The notes under the pieces were generated by a model. It was not told the origin of the DNA, did not search any database, and saw nothing but the letters and a program-made list of their open reading frames with translations. Shown here one piece after another: positions 13,306 through 26,936 of a DNA stretch of 64,000 bases. Position 1 is the stretch's first letter, and every line of letters begins with the position of its first letter. Source of the DNA: Amoebophrya sp. A120 (lineage: Eukaryota > Protista > Dinoflagellata); the NCBI GenBank assembly GCA_905178155.1, contig CAJINV010000006.1:3346437-3410436 (forward strand). Direction: 5' to 3'. The translations under genes were made by a program, and so were the position numbers.

Positions 13306-13590
13306 NNNNNNNNNNNNNNNNNNNNNNNNNNNNNNNNNNNNNNNNNNNNNNNNNNNNNNNNNNNNNNNNNNNNNNNNNNNNNNNNNNNNNNNNNNNNNNN
13401 NNNNNNNNNNNNNNNNNNNNNNNNNNNNNNNNNNNNNNNNNNNNNNNNNNNNNNNNNNNNNNNNNNNNNNNNNNNNNNNNNNNNNNNNNNNNNNNNNNNN
13501 NNNNNNNNNNNNNNNNNNNNNNNNNNNNNNNNNNNNNNNNNNNNNNNNNNNNNNNNNNNNNNNNNNNNNNNNNNNNNNNNNNNNNNNNNN
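13306..13590. other. Assembly gap (285 N)
   Basis: Run of n between the two duplicate copies. Confidence 0.99.
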
Positions 13591-14326
13591 CCCGCAGCAG
13601 CCACAAAGCTACCGAACAAAATGCGGAATGCGATCATCAAACCGATGCAGAATGTATCACAGGAAAAAGTGTTAACGTCACCGAAATTTGTGATGCAGCA
13701 ATGCATCACTAAACGTGCCAAAATTTGTATTGCGTAGCATGCATGGAAGGCAATATTTGTATATGCATAGCTGCCATCTGTGAAAACCGTGGACGTTAAC
13801 ACTTTTCTGCTTGATAGAATCTTTTGGAAAAATTTTGGAACGAGAAAAAGCAGTGCTACGAAAGGAACAAAGAATGGAGCCCGCAACTCTCCGTTACTCT
13901 GTATCGCAAGAAAATAAAACTGTTTCAGTGTAAACTTGTGATGCATAGGATGCAAGAACACAGACGCATTTGTCTTGCTACACATGCAAGATCGCTTGGG
14001 TTTATTTTCAACGTGTTTTCCCTTGGGAAGTACGCAGGGCAAGTTTGTTTTGTCATCATGTGTAAACGAACTTGTAATGCAAAACTTACAAAATCCTTTA
14101 CAGTGAGACACTTTTTGCTGCCGATACTCTGATCAAGCTGCTGAATAACGGGGAGAAGTTCAACGTCTTCGGTTGCGATCTCGATCCGGAGGCGGATAAA
14201 TTGAAGAAAATTGCGCAGAGCCTGTTATCCCAGCTGGATGGGAAGGCTGTAGAGGCACTCTTGGAGAGTTCTTCTTCGGAAAGTGCTGGCGGGGGAACTA
14301 ACTCCAGATCGGGGTCGAAAGCGTAA
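13591..14326 (+). pseudogene. 3' fragment of gene 1 (duplicate or assembly copy)
   Basis: Matches 5531-6266, with stop TAA at 14326. Confidence 0.6.
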
Positions 14327-15176
14327 CTACCGGCGGGTGCGAGAAACATGATGTGGGGCATAAGGTTTGATCTACTCTTGTGAAGCAGATTTATTGTGAA
14401 AAACTACGATGATAGACATAGATGATGTTGCCACGGGATTATATTTTGTGTAGTGCTGTACTCATCACATTGAAGAGAGACTCGTCTCGTCTTGACTAAA
14501 TTAGCGCAGCTTCTTGATCTTATTAAAAAAATTTTTTTACGAAACACTCGGATCCTAGGTTTGAATTTTCTAACGAACGCGAGCTGATCATAGTGATACT
14601 CTTAGTCTACCATCTACTTCTATCTACAAAAATGAAATTATCTTACATAGTACGACTGAACCCGCTGGAGCATCGAAAGATGTCTCCGTCGCATTTGTCG
14701 TTCGCACTTCATTTCTAGTTGGCGGTCAGAGGGTGTGCAAATCAACAATTCAGTAGAATTTTTATCAAGCACGCATTGCTATTGTTAGGGCACGACGACC
14801 TTTTTGAGCAGATCCCATCTCAACAAGAAGTCACTTCAGCTTCCTCTGACAAGTCTTCCGAAAAAACGTAAGACACCGATGGTGATGGAGAACAAGAACC
14901 CGAGACGATCCGTATGATGGCGGATTCATCGGGACGAAGATGGTGAATTTCTATTGCTTATTACTGAGAAAATCTCCGTGACACTTATAGTAAAATTTTC
15001 ATTCAAATCAAGAAAAATACAAGAGGACAACTGGATAAGGGCCTCCCCGCTCCTGCTAACTATGACAAAAAGCACAAGCTGCAACTTCACTCTCGGCGAA
15101 GTACAAGCACTACATGAGCTTGAGCAGCTATCTCAGCTTGTGACTTTAGATGATTCAGCTGCAAAGGCAGCGCGTG

Positions 15177-16730
15177 TGTGTGGTGTTCAGTGCTTGGCCG
15201 GTACGCCGATGGATTTTGTCGGGCTCGGGTAGTGTGAAAGAAATAACTGCGAGCGAGGACAGCAAGCCCCGACACGAAGGCGCCAGGCGGCCGGGAGCGG
15301 GCCGGCTTGGCGCACCTTTAACGCCGGCCGGGGTGCGCCTGGCTGACAGCTACGAAAGCGCCACCCTTGCGCGCCCTGGGCCGACCCGGAAAACGAAGGA
15401 GATTGGCGCCCATTCGCATGGGCGGGCATTGACTGGATTGCGTGCAAGCCGGTGCAGCACTTGCGCACTCCGGGCGGTTAATGTGTGCGCGGCCCCGCGA
15501 AGCCCATAGCAGCCAGCGGCTGGCTTGATGCGCCGGCCGAGCGGGCCCCTACGTACCGCCGAGGCGAGCTCCTACGTAGCGCCAAGGCGGCCGCCTTCTG
15601 GCCCGATACATACATAGGGCGGGCGTGGAGTTAGCAGGCGCGCGGGCGCGAGACCCCTCCTGGGCGCGTTGTCACGCCGGCGCGGTTTTGCGGGGGCGGG
15701 TCTGCAAGTGCAGCCGGCCCGTGCTTGCGCGGGTGCCTTTCCGAGACCGGGCGCGCGGGAGGGTCTCCAGCTCTTCCCCCAGCTCTGTGAAGTGTTGAGG
15801 GCTTTACGGGAAGCGGGCCGGGGCCCCGAAGACTACACTGCCGCGCGCCGACGGCGCCCGCCCGCGGAGTTCTTCAAGGCAGAGCCGGCCGCATGTTTTT
15901 CGGCCGGCCGGGCTTGTTGCAGATTGGTTGCTTCGCCGAAGCGTTCGGCAACAGCTGCGCGGCGCTGATGGGCCTCCTGCACGCCCCCCGGCCGCCCCCG
16001 CATGGTCTAGCAAGCTGGGGGCAGTGCCTCGACCGGGGGTCGCGGCGCGCGCGCGCCGCCGCCCAGAGATTGGCCCGGCCGGGCCGGCCGTGTTGTGTGT
16101 TTGTTTGCCCGGCTGGCGCGCCCCGCGCGGACCCCTTGCCTTGCGGGCGGGGCCGTCTTCCTGCCCGGAGGGGCGGCGCGTGGTTTGTTGAAGGGGTGGC
16201 CCGGTGTCTCGTCTTTCTTGGCTCGGGCGCACGGCCGGGCGCACGCGCCCCCCACCCTCTTTGGCCTGATCGGGCGCAGGTGCGTCTGGGTGGTGGGCCG
16301 GCTTCCCCCGTCGGGGGGGCAGTCAACCACCCAAAAACGCATCGCGCCGTGGGGGGCGCCGGCGGGCGGGCAGGCTTCCTTGGCTGTTGAATGTTGGCCG
16401 CGTGGTGGGGTGTGTCCGTCGGTTGCCGGGGCGCTGGCCCACTCACCCCGGTGCCCGTGGCCCCAATGCGTGGCTCCGTCTGCAGGGCAGCCGGCCAAGT
16501 ATTTTTGTATGTTGTGCGGTGCCCGCCGGCGCCCCGCTTGCCCGCCCGCATAGATAATCAATCTTGGCTCATTGTGTTAGTTGGGTATATTGTCTGTGTT
16601 GGATTGGTTTGTGCATTTCGGCCTGGGGCTGCAATGGCGTTGCATTCTCGTCAGCCTGTTGCAGTCGTGTCGGCCGACAGTCCGCTTGCCGACTGACTCA
16701 CTGCCCTTGCCCTCAAACGACCGTCACACA
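15177..16730. mobile_element. Second copy of the GC-rich island (inside the duplication)
   Basis: Same sequence as 7118-8672. Confidence 0.3.
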
Positions 16731-17106
16731 TTACCTGTGTTGTTCCGCTTCTTTACGGTATAATGGAAAAATTGATGCACCGCTCAGACTCAGAGTCGAT
16801 GTCGATGTCGAAAGCGAAAACACAGAAAAAAAATGTTGTTGCTTTTGTTATTATGAGGGAGAGGGACGGTCACAGCACTGGTAATTCATCTGTTGAAGTG
16901 GTGATTTTTTTGCACCAGTACTACCTAGCGCCGGCATTGAGGGTTTACGTTTTGAGAAGGTGCTCGTCCCTTGATGTGTGGACCCCTTTTGTTTCCGCCC
17001 TGGTAGTTTAATTATGTCATGTTATTCTTTAGTTAATGTTCTTGGCCCAGCTGAAGACTGGGCTTCGCTCACCTCCTTCTATCCCCTCTGCCATCAAAGC
17101 AGCTGA

Positions 17107-19459
17107 ATGCTCGGCTGCAAGCGACGGCGAACGAACAGCAGCAGCCCCCTACAAGATCAGGTCGATGCAGGAAGCAATAGAGGCTCCTCCGGCGACAGTG
17201 CGCTGAATAACAGGAGCTGCACAAGTGTAGTTGATCACTCTCAAGAAAAAAGAACCAAAAGGGCTCCGGGCGAAAACGATAAGGGAGGCAAGAGCATCAA
17301 GACCATTTACCGGAACAAGAAAGCCCAGAGCTGTAGTTGTGATCCGGCTGATGGTTCGATTGGTAATTTGGAGAAAAAGCCAGCAGGAGCAGGAGGTCAG
17401 CACCCACACCGAAAAGCACCATCGAAGGGAGAGCCAGTACCAGCTCCAGAGTCCCCGGAAGCAGGAGATATCAACGACCAAAAGAAGAACATCAATAACA
17501 GCGGCCGCCCTCGCTCAAAAAGCACAGGCGCAGCTGCAGCGAGCAGCAAGAAATCGGCGGCGCACAAGTCCTCTGCTGGTGACAAACAAGAGGAAGCAAA
17601 TAAAACGTGTTCGCCTGTGAGAGCAGGTCGCCGACAATCGTCTTCAAAAATGGAGCCCCATTCCAGTCCGCAGCAGCTCACCCGCCCCCTTGTGCAGCCC
17701 ATCCCCTCCCCCGTGAGCTCTAACGCGGCGCCGAAACCACAGGACAATTCCCAACTTCCTCCCGCGGGGCTGAGTTCCAATTATGCGAACAAAAACGAAT
17801 CCAAGTTGCTTAGCAGGCCAAAAACCGTGGATCAGCTGTTGATAGAGAAGCTGTTAGCTGAAGACAGTCAGGAACAGCAGCAAAACCTAAATCTCCGGGC
17901 GATCAACGAAGACGAGGAACTGCAGCAAATGCTGGAATATCCAGTGCAAAAGTATCGCATTCGTAGCAAGTAATTGCAGTTGTGCATCGCAAATCTCTTT
18001 GTCAAGGTCAATCAGCATTACAAATTTGATTTGTAATGCTGGGCGAATTTGTAATGCAATTTGAATTTTTACTAGTACGCTACTTTTGCCTTGCATATTG
18101 AGCTGTCGAAAAAAGAATTCTACGACCGGGAGTTCCGGATGGGCGCCTCACACGACATCTTGGTTGCGCGGGTTTTGTCCTACGGGTTATGCAATACAAA
18201 TTTCCCGCCGTACATGTACAATACGCATGACAAACTTCGCTAATTTTGAGTGTCAAACTTGTCATGCAGATTAAGATTGAAGGCAAGTTTTGTCATGCAG
18301 AGACAGCATTTGATGTACGTGCACAGGAAATTTACTGTGGATGCGGGCTGAAGGAGAGACACGTGAAGGGGGACGGATCGTGCCAGTTCCGGGCTATGGA
18401 TTGCAAAAGCATCGTAATAGTATGAATTGCATTACAAATTTCCTCAGCATTAGACATGGAATCTTCTGTAATGCAGATTTACCACGATAAAAAAGATTTG
18501 TAATGCGTAGCTGCAATTAGAAGTACGAGCGCGACACTTTTGCACAGGATCCGGGCCCTGTCAGACCAACTTTACGGCACCGAGGAGCACCACCAGAATG
18601 TGCGGAGGAAGGTGATTATCAAATGCAAAAGTGTCTGGGTCTGGAACAGTGAAAGATTTGCCATGCAGGTTTTCCATGACCCATGAGGTCTGTAATGCAG
18701 GGTCTAGCGTCACAGATTTTGAGAGGGCTTCCTGATGCCTGTTCCGCATGAGAAATGCCCTCTCGCCGTGGCAAAAACTGGACTCCTTTTGCTGGTCATG
18801 CATTACGAGATTTTTTTCGAATCCGAAGACAGCATCACAAGTTTCAACCTTCCAGACCCAGACATTTCTACATTTGATAGTGATAGAAAAACTGGAGCAG
18901 GAAGCAGACCACTACAAAAATTTTGTGCTGTCCAAAACGGAAATTGAGTCAAAGGAACAGGCTGACGAAGCTTTCAACCTGTATCTGGTCTCCATGTCCG
19001 AAGAGTCCACTTGGGGTGCTATCGTACGTGCATGCATTGCCAGCGCCATGAGCATTAGTTTGTAGTGCGCGAGGACGTCGTAGAAGTCGTTAGTACAACG
19101 GGCAGAAATGAGATCAAGATGAAAGTTGCTTGTTTTACTTTACGATTTTTACGTGCTAGTGTCCGCTTTCGCATTACAAACTGCGTGCCTGCTTCGTGAA
19201 GCTGGCAATGTTAAATCGCATAACAGATCACGTGACGCTCCAAGCGGCTGCAGATGTTTACAACTGTGAGATAAAGCTGATCACGAGCTACGATGACGAT
19301 GCGATCTTGTCCATTTTGCCCCTGCAGAATAAGAACGCTTCTTCCGCATTTGGTGCAGCTACGAGGAAAAAAAGCGGAGCGAATAGAGCCCTTTGGCTCG
19401 CGTTTTGGGCCGAGGTTCACTACAATTCGGTAGAGGAAGACTACGTGGCGGTTGCTTAG
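17107..19459 (+). CDS. OTU-domain deubiquitinase, duplicate copy
   Basis: Same exon and introner structure at offset 8058; one R/K difference seen in exon 1. Confidence 0.88.
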
Positions 19460-20072
19460 ATAATTGCACCAGAGCAGAAGTAGAATGAAAAATTGTACAA
19501 CATACCCAATGAATACGAAGTCGGGGACGGCCATAACTGCCTTTGACAGCTAGAGCACTACATGAAATCGTGAAGATGAACAATTGTACAAATGAACCCC
19601 GGCCGCCACTGGCAGCGTCAGCGAGCAGATGCGGCGGGCGCTTTTGCGGGCACAGCCAGCGCTGCTCAGTGAAGATTAGAAGTAAATTTATCGTGTTTGT
19701 TGTTTGACAGAGCATAATATCTCCGCTCTCCTACTGCTGCTGTCGGTACTTCTGCACGCCGATCACGCCTTCTCAATCTTGCGGGAGATGATGTGCATGG
19801 AAGGTGCTGACGCGGCAGAGACGACTTTACCTGTTGTAGGACCCAACAGCGGTCGTTCATTTTGGTTGTTTAGCGGGAAAGAGCCAAACCTTTTGTTTCG
19901 AAAGTAAATTTTTCTACGAGGATCAATTTCAGCGATCATCACGTACTAGAAGTCGTCGATACTACGTTAGGTCGTCTCACTTACCGAGTTCTTACGAGGC
20001 CCTTCGGTCTAGGTACCACAGCAATGTGGGCTTAAATTTTCCTGCTGTCGAAAGAAAGCCAAGCGAAATCAT

Positions 20073-23000
20073 ATGGACACCAGCAACATCATGTCCGCGC
20101 ATGGTCTGTCCCTTTGCTGTCGTTCGCTTGTCAGGCTCAGGGGCGGTCTGACGCTTGTCCTCTCGGCGATATTACCCTGGCGGGCCATCATCACAGCGAC
20201 TCCGGCTACCGTTCGTGCGAATGAAGAGGCACCGCTTGTCGACACTAGCAGGAGCATCTACGAGGAAAAGGGTTTCTTCACGAATTACGATGCCGATCCA
20301 CTTTGGGTTCGTCTGGACACTGCGCTGCGCTGGTTTCCCGATTTGCTTGACACAAGGCTGCACAAGAACTCCTCGCCGCGACGGGTGATTCTGAAGCAGG
20401 TGCTCTACTACACACAGGACCAGGGGGCGCTGGCGCGGCTGAAGAATAACTACAGCAAAGAACCTCAAATAGGAGTACTAGAAGACCACAGCGGCCACAC
20501 TGACACTGCTTCCTTATCTATGCACGAGAAGTGGAACAAAAACTTCTCTCCTTATCTCCACCCGTTTCGGATCTATTTGGAGAAAAAGGACTCCGCGAGC
20601 GAACTGCATGTCGACACGGACAAGCCCTGGATCGGAAAACCGTATTTGGAAAAATCGGATTTGAAAACCATATGGATGTGTCAGGTTTGAAATCGTCAAA
20701 GTTGAATAAGTATAAGTAGCTTGTCATGCATAAAACGGTTACCAGTTAGACCTACAGTTTGTAGTCGGCGCATGGCAAATTTTCCCGGTCCTGGAAGCGA
20801 GTATGTCATGCGGTTTAGGGCAAAAGAGCTGCCTTCTGTCATGCTAGTCAGCAGTCCAACTTTTGATCCTTACCAGGACTATAATCTGTCTCCCGTGTGT
20901 CCTCTGCAATAGAGTCACTTTTTGCATTGCATTTTATGCATGGCAAATCATTTCAACTTTGACGATTTCAATCCTGACACCCCCATAAACCAAGCCGACC
21001 AAATATTTGAACGCTTTGTCGGAAGACAAATCCGAGGAGCCTGTTGCCTACGTGCAGTTTTCCAGCGGGAAGGAAGTGGTCGAAATGCTGAAAAAAGCTT
21101 GTCACGCGCAGAAAACTGCAAAAAATATAGAAGACAAAGCAGTGGCAACACCTCCCTCGGAAGACCGCCACAACACTGAAACTACAGATGACAAGTCTGC
21201 TGGTGGGGGTGTTTTCTCTTCCCTTTGGTCTTCGGTAGTCGGGGCGGTTGCTACAAGCGGAGGAGCTGCTGTGGAACAATCCGCAACAGAAATCAAAACT
21301 TCTTCTTCGTCCTCGATCACGACCCCTCGTCCAGTTGTAGACCTCACCAAGCAAAAAACCGCACTGAAAGCTCTACGTGAGTTTGTCGAGACCCACCTAG
21401 CGCAAACAGCGAAGTCTGGGAAAGTGACCAGCCGTTCCATATGCACTGCAAAAGTATCGTAGTTGGAGTACTTGCAAACATGCATTACAAATCTAGGTGC
21501 TAAGCTGAATCCGCATTACAAATTCAATTTGTAATGCTGAGCGACTTTGTATTGCAATCTATACTAGTACGATCATGCTTTTGCAATGCATATTCCACAC
21601 TCTGGGACAATGTGGACTTTCCCAAATGGATCCTGGATGCGGACGTGTATCTAGAGGAAAAATCAGTGGACGTGGGGGTCAAGAGGCTGATGCTGTATGA
21701 CATCTTGCCCGGTATGGACGTGTCAGAATTGACATCGACAAAGTTCAAATAACTTGTAATGCATAAAATCGATATTAGTCGGAGGCCCACTTATCAAGCG
21801 GCGCATGACAAATTTCCCGAGCACCGGAATCCGATTTGTCATGCTGTTTGGGCACAGAAGACTGCTTCTGTCATGCTTTTCTAGCAGCTCTATCCCAGAC
21901 CCTAAATAGGCGCGCAATCTGTCTCACTTGCCCTCCCGGCAAGAGCAAGACAAGCACTTCAAGCCTTGCATTATATGCATGACAAAAAATCATTTCAACT
22001 TTGTCGATTTCAAAGCTGACGCTTCCATACCCGGACGGAGCAGGTTATTGGCAACGAAAGTAGGAAAGGATAATGAAGAAAATCATGCAGCTGAAAAATT
22101 CTCCTTACCAACTGCAACCGCAGAAGCTCAGCACGGGCGGAACACGATTCACAACCGGACGCAGAGAAACGAAGTATCTACAGGAAATTGATTCTGATTC
22201 CCGTACACGTAGAAAGTGTGGCTTTCGCAAACTTGTTTTCCTTGAACGTTTTTCCGCATGTTGACAAGATGCTTCTTCTAAGCTGCTGCAATTTGTGATG
22301 CATTCTACACATGATCATGTACTTACGGGAAATAGAAATTTGTATCATTGCATACGAAGACTTGAGATTTTACAAGCAATTGGTTCCGCAGTTTGACTTT
22401 GACCAACAGGACCCAGTCATACCCAACCGACCGAAGTTAATCGGGGCGAAGAAACTCAGCCGCGACTTGTTCTACCCAGCCTTTTACGACTCGATTATCG
22501 ACTTAGTTTTCGACTACTACGGGTCCGACCGGGGGCAGTTTTGCGGGTTGATGCCCCGGCCGGAGATGGTGGTATGAACTGCAAAAGTATCGTGCTCGTC
22601 GCAGTAAAATTGCATTACAAATTATAATCTCAGCATGACAAATGGAATTTGCCATGCTGTTTTGCCTTGGAATAGAGATTGGTAATGCATAGTTGCATAT
22701 TACTACGAGTATAATTATGATGCTTTTGCATTTCATAGGTAGCGAACTGTGGGAACTACTATGGCCGGATGTACGAAATGGTTTTGGCGGAGAAAATAGA
22801 AAACAGGTGCAGCGGTGGACCAAGAACACCAAATGGAGCTCGTGCCGCGCATGAAAATGGCAAAAACAACGTGCTGAAGTTACTCGAGATCGGGATCGGG
22901 TCCGTTTCGAAACAAAACCCGGGCGGGCCCATGACCTGGATGACGAAATACGTAAATGCGAACTACCAGCCGGGGCATGGGTTGCGGAGTTGGCGCACGA

Positions 23001-25688
23001 TTTTTCCGTATGCACTGCAAGAGTATCGTACTCGTATAAATGCATTACAAATTTTCTCAGCGTGAGAAATGAAATTTGTGATGCGGATTGACCTTAAGAA
23101 AAAGATTTGTAATGCATGATTGCAATACGAGTGCGCTGCTTTTGCACAGGATATTCCGCACGCGGAGGTCACTGGGATCGACATTGACCACCACGCGGTT
23201 AAAGCAGTAAAGGAGTACGGAAAAATATCAAATGCAAAAATGTCTGGGTCTGGAAGTAGAGTTCACGTTTGTCATGCTTGTCTCGCGTGACTCTTAAATC
23301 TGTCATGCACGTTAATACCCAGGAGCTCCGTTTTTCTGTGATGCAGAAGCGCAGTTTGTCATGCAGAATAGGCAACACCTAGGAGCTCAGAAACTTGTCA
23401 TGCTGAGCCAGCATCTGTAGCCTCATCATGAGACGCCACCAAGCATCACAAGTTTCCAGACCCAGACATTTTTCCTTTTGATAAGAAAAGTACGACACGA
23501 ATGAAAAACTGAATGCGGCCACGGTGAACTCCATGAACAAAACAGCGGTGGAGCGATTCATGTGGGAGAGAAACAAGAAACTACTTCTAGCGAAACAGCA
23601 TGACAAAGATATCCTGTGCAAAAGTATCGTACTCGACGTATAAATGCATGACAAACTTGCTCAGCATCAGAAATTGAATTTGTAATGCGGATTTCCATTC
23701 AGAAGAAAATTTGTAATGCATGACTGCAATACGAGTGCGATACTTTTGCACAGGATAAAAGAACAACAGCAACAAGAAACATTCGACGTCATCATCGACG
23801 ACGGGCTTCACACGGCGATCTCTGTATGGCGTTCGCAAATGTTACGAACATTCTCAACTGTTACATGATTTGTAATGCAAAAGCACAATCAAAATCGACA
23901 CGATCAAGCTGCTTCGCATGACAAATTCTCGAAGAGCCAAAGAGGCTGAGAATCTGCGCCAGATCTGTCATGCAAGACGCGCAAGGTCACCCCTTTCACT
24001 TTTCCCATTCTTGCATCACGCATTCGTGTAACAGTTGAGAATGTAACAGCTGAGAGCGCCATACTCTGTGCTTGCGAGCTTTGTTTTTTTGGAAAAGTAT
24101 TTGACCCCGAAAACCGGTATTTACATCTGGGAGGACATCCGGCCTTTCGCGGTGGATCTCTCCATTTTTTCCAACTATCTGACAAGCGACGGGAGAGAGA
24201 CCGACCTATCAACTGCAAATATCGATCTGGGTCCTCTGGAAGGATGCAAGGTTCTTTGTCATGCACAGTTTGCAGGACTCCTGACGCCTGTGATGCATGC
24301 CCTAGCATCACAGACTTCGCGAAGTAGGCTTCCTGATGCCTATACCGCATGAGAAATGTTGCCCGCTCGCCGTGGCAAAAACTGGACCGCTTATGCTGTT
24401 CATGCAATACAGATTTTTGCAGTATCCAAATGCAGCATCACAAGTTTTTGCAACCTTCCAGCCCCAGACATATTTGCATTTGATATGACCCCGAAGAATA
24501 CAACGACTGGATCCAGCATCACGGAGACCGCTTTATCCTGTACAAAAGTATCGTACTCGTAGTAATCGCAGTCATGCATTACAAATCTCCATGCCAAGGT
24601 AAAACAGCATGACAAATTTCATTTGTCATGCTGACCGAATTTGTAATGCGATTTCTACTAGTGCGATACTTTTGCAATGCATACGATTACAGTGGCAGAA
24701 ATTCGGTGCGGCTTTGGGAGCCGGGGAGGATTTATTGATGGAGCGGATAAGGAAAAATAAGGATAGTAACTCTCTAGTCGTATCGGCGCAGGAGGACAGA
24801 GAAGTGGAACAACGACATCCACTTGTAGAAGCTGCTGCGGTGGAAGAGTATCGCCAGCATGACAAACTGTTGAAAACACCAAACCGGTTCCACTTCATCT
24901 CGCGGTTCCGCTCCAGAAAAGAAAGTTGGCGGATGCGGCACGATATGGCGTTGGATTACGGTAACCACACCATGCCCATGTATGAGAAGTTCCGATTTAC
25001 CCAAGACAGGCCCATGCTGGGCTGGTATGTGAAGGATAATGGTGGTGTGCCTGCTGCAGCTGTTGGAAGTCGCGGTCAGCAAGCAGAACAACTACAAAAA
25101 TATCCGGCTTCATCAAAATTAGAGTACTACAGCAAGGTAGTGGGGATAAGAGCAAGCAACAAAAAAAGAAAAGACAAACCCTCCGCAGCAGCTCCCAGCA
25201 CTGCGTCGTCCTCGGTCAGCAGTTCTGGTGACGGGACGGTAAAAGAAGTTCAGGAGCAGAAGAACAAAGCTGTCGATGCTGCCATGCAACCACAATTTCC
25301 CATCCGTTTCGCCGGGGATTCTGATCTGCAGCAAAAGCGGGCTTTCGACCTGGTGAAGAGCCTGACAAAAATGATGAACAGTAGCAAAAATGAGACTTCT
25401 TCTGATGAAGTAGCACACCTATCCACTACTTCTCTCGTGGACACCGCCGATATTTTGGAAGCGCGGTTGCTGTACCACAAGCTTCTTCGCGACGACGGCT
25501 ATTTTCACCAAGTTCCGTGCTTTGACGCGAAGCACAGCTACGCAAAGTGCTGCGGCGGGGGCGATGTGACGGAGGAGGAAAGGAAAGACTGCTTCACGTA
25601 TGTGGAGCTGTCTCTGACGACATATCAGTACTCGGTGTGTTGCGCCAGTATCTTGATTCGAGAAAAGCTCCGGACGCATAGGCTGTGA
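20073..25688 (+). CDS. Large protein with a class I SAM-dependent methyltransferase domain and a Cys-rich C-terminus
   Basis: Removing 11 introners (20671-20987, 21440-21592, 21713-22029, 22175-22354, 22573-22737, 23009-23153, 23226-23483, 23610-23757, 23825-24063, 24207-24485, 24534-24683) gives one frame containing YGSDRG, KLLEIGIGS, GHGLRSWRTIFPHAEVTGIDID, FDVIIDDGLH and GIYIWEDI. The start codon is uncertain. Confidence 0.85.
20671..20987. mobile_element. Introner, family C (TIR TATGGAnGTGTCAG...TCGnCAAAGTTnAA)
   Basis: Repeat AACCA/AACCA; second family member at 21713-22029 (repeat CCCGG/CCCGG). Confidence 0.9.
23825..24063. mobile_element. Introner, family G (ends ...GAGAGCGCCATA)
   Basis: Inverted ACATTCTCAACTGTTAC/GTAACAGTTGAGAATGT and repeat CTCTG/CTCTG; related right end at 41429-41682. 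Confidence 0.85.
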
Positions 25689-26936
25689 TAGTGCGTGCTG
25701 AAGATGGTCAAGGTCTAGCGACGTCATGTAGACGCTACTGATGCTGTACCTGTTGGGTGATGTGCGGTCTTATTTATGTTTTCTCGACCTTAGTGTTAGT
25801 ACTGGATTATTAGAGAACACATAACGTTGCGAGCATAATAAAAGTGCGGCTTCTGTGATGGATGACGTTGCAAAATAGTTCAGGCCACCTCTGCTCGTAA
25901 AAAAGCCTCGTCGTAACAAGATGATCCCAAAATATGTTTTTTCTCGTGCTTCTTCAATGTCGGTGACCAATGTAGTTGAACCGCGATCTTCGTGCAATAG
26001 ATCTCAGAGTTGCTTGCTCTTGAATTTTTCAAAGAAGCCAACAACTACGCCACATGAACTGTAACTGAAATGGAAATGATCAGACGTGGAAAAATAAAGC
26101 AGATCCCTCCGCACGGCGCGCATTCTCAGAAGAAAAAAAAGATCCTTGCTCGCGAGTTCAGCAAATAAGAAGATCAGAATAAACTACATGTGCGGACGTC
26201 GGTCATTGATTGCCAGCCGTTGATGCTCAGAATCTAGATCAGTATCAAGTCTTAGATCGTTTTGGAAAAAATCTTCTAGCCATTGTTGTAGTAACTAGGG
26301 TATTTCTTGCAGCATAAATTTCTTTTCGGTCAAGTCAACATCGAGCCTGTTTACATTTTTTGAACGAACAAATTCAATATCTTAACACTCCAGATCCAGT
26401 TCTTGCAGGAGGCAGCATTATTGCTTGTTTGAAACTACTCAAGTTTCCTATGGTTTTTTGGGCGCATCTGAAATCAACGAGCCACACTTTTAACTAAAGT
26501 TGTTCGTATGTTCTGTCGGTGTTTCACCTTCACCTATTCTTGTTTGTCCGACATTTTCGTACCTTGAGAAATTTCGATGGATTTTTGACTGCAAACCACG
26601 ACATCGACATCTGCAACCCTTTGTTTATTTCGCTTCCCTTTGTAGTTGAAAAAGAACGAACCAAAAAGACTCCCTTCGCCTTGCCCTCGCGATAAAGATA
26701 ATTTTTCCTGCTTGCGCATCAACATCTATCTGCTGTAGGTCGGAGCTCGTTCTTTCATCAGTGCGCCGTCCAGGTGGTCTTCGAAAGAGTCGACTATAAT
26801 CCGTGGATTTTTTGGAAAGAAGAGTTGTGTTGATCGGCGCTGTCTATTGATCCAACTTTACTTCTTTTGTTGCTTTCAGATTCAGCGAAACCAATACCAA
26901 GACGCCTCCAACTACAACTCTTCAAACGGGAACGGC

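Larger units (their letters stand above)
13591..21366 (+). repeat. Segmental duplication, copy 2
   Basis: Begins CCCGCAGCAG (equivalent to 5531) and ends GCACTG (equivalent to 13305). Confidence 0.95.

Noticed and set aside
12946-14111. ORFs reading through X runs (apparent fusion gene)
   Set aside because: Artefact of the N gap.
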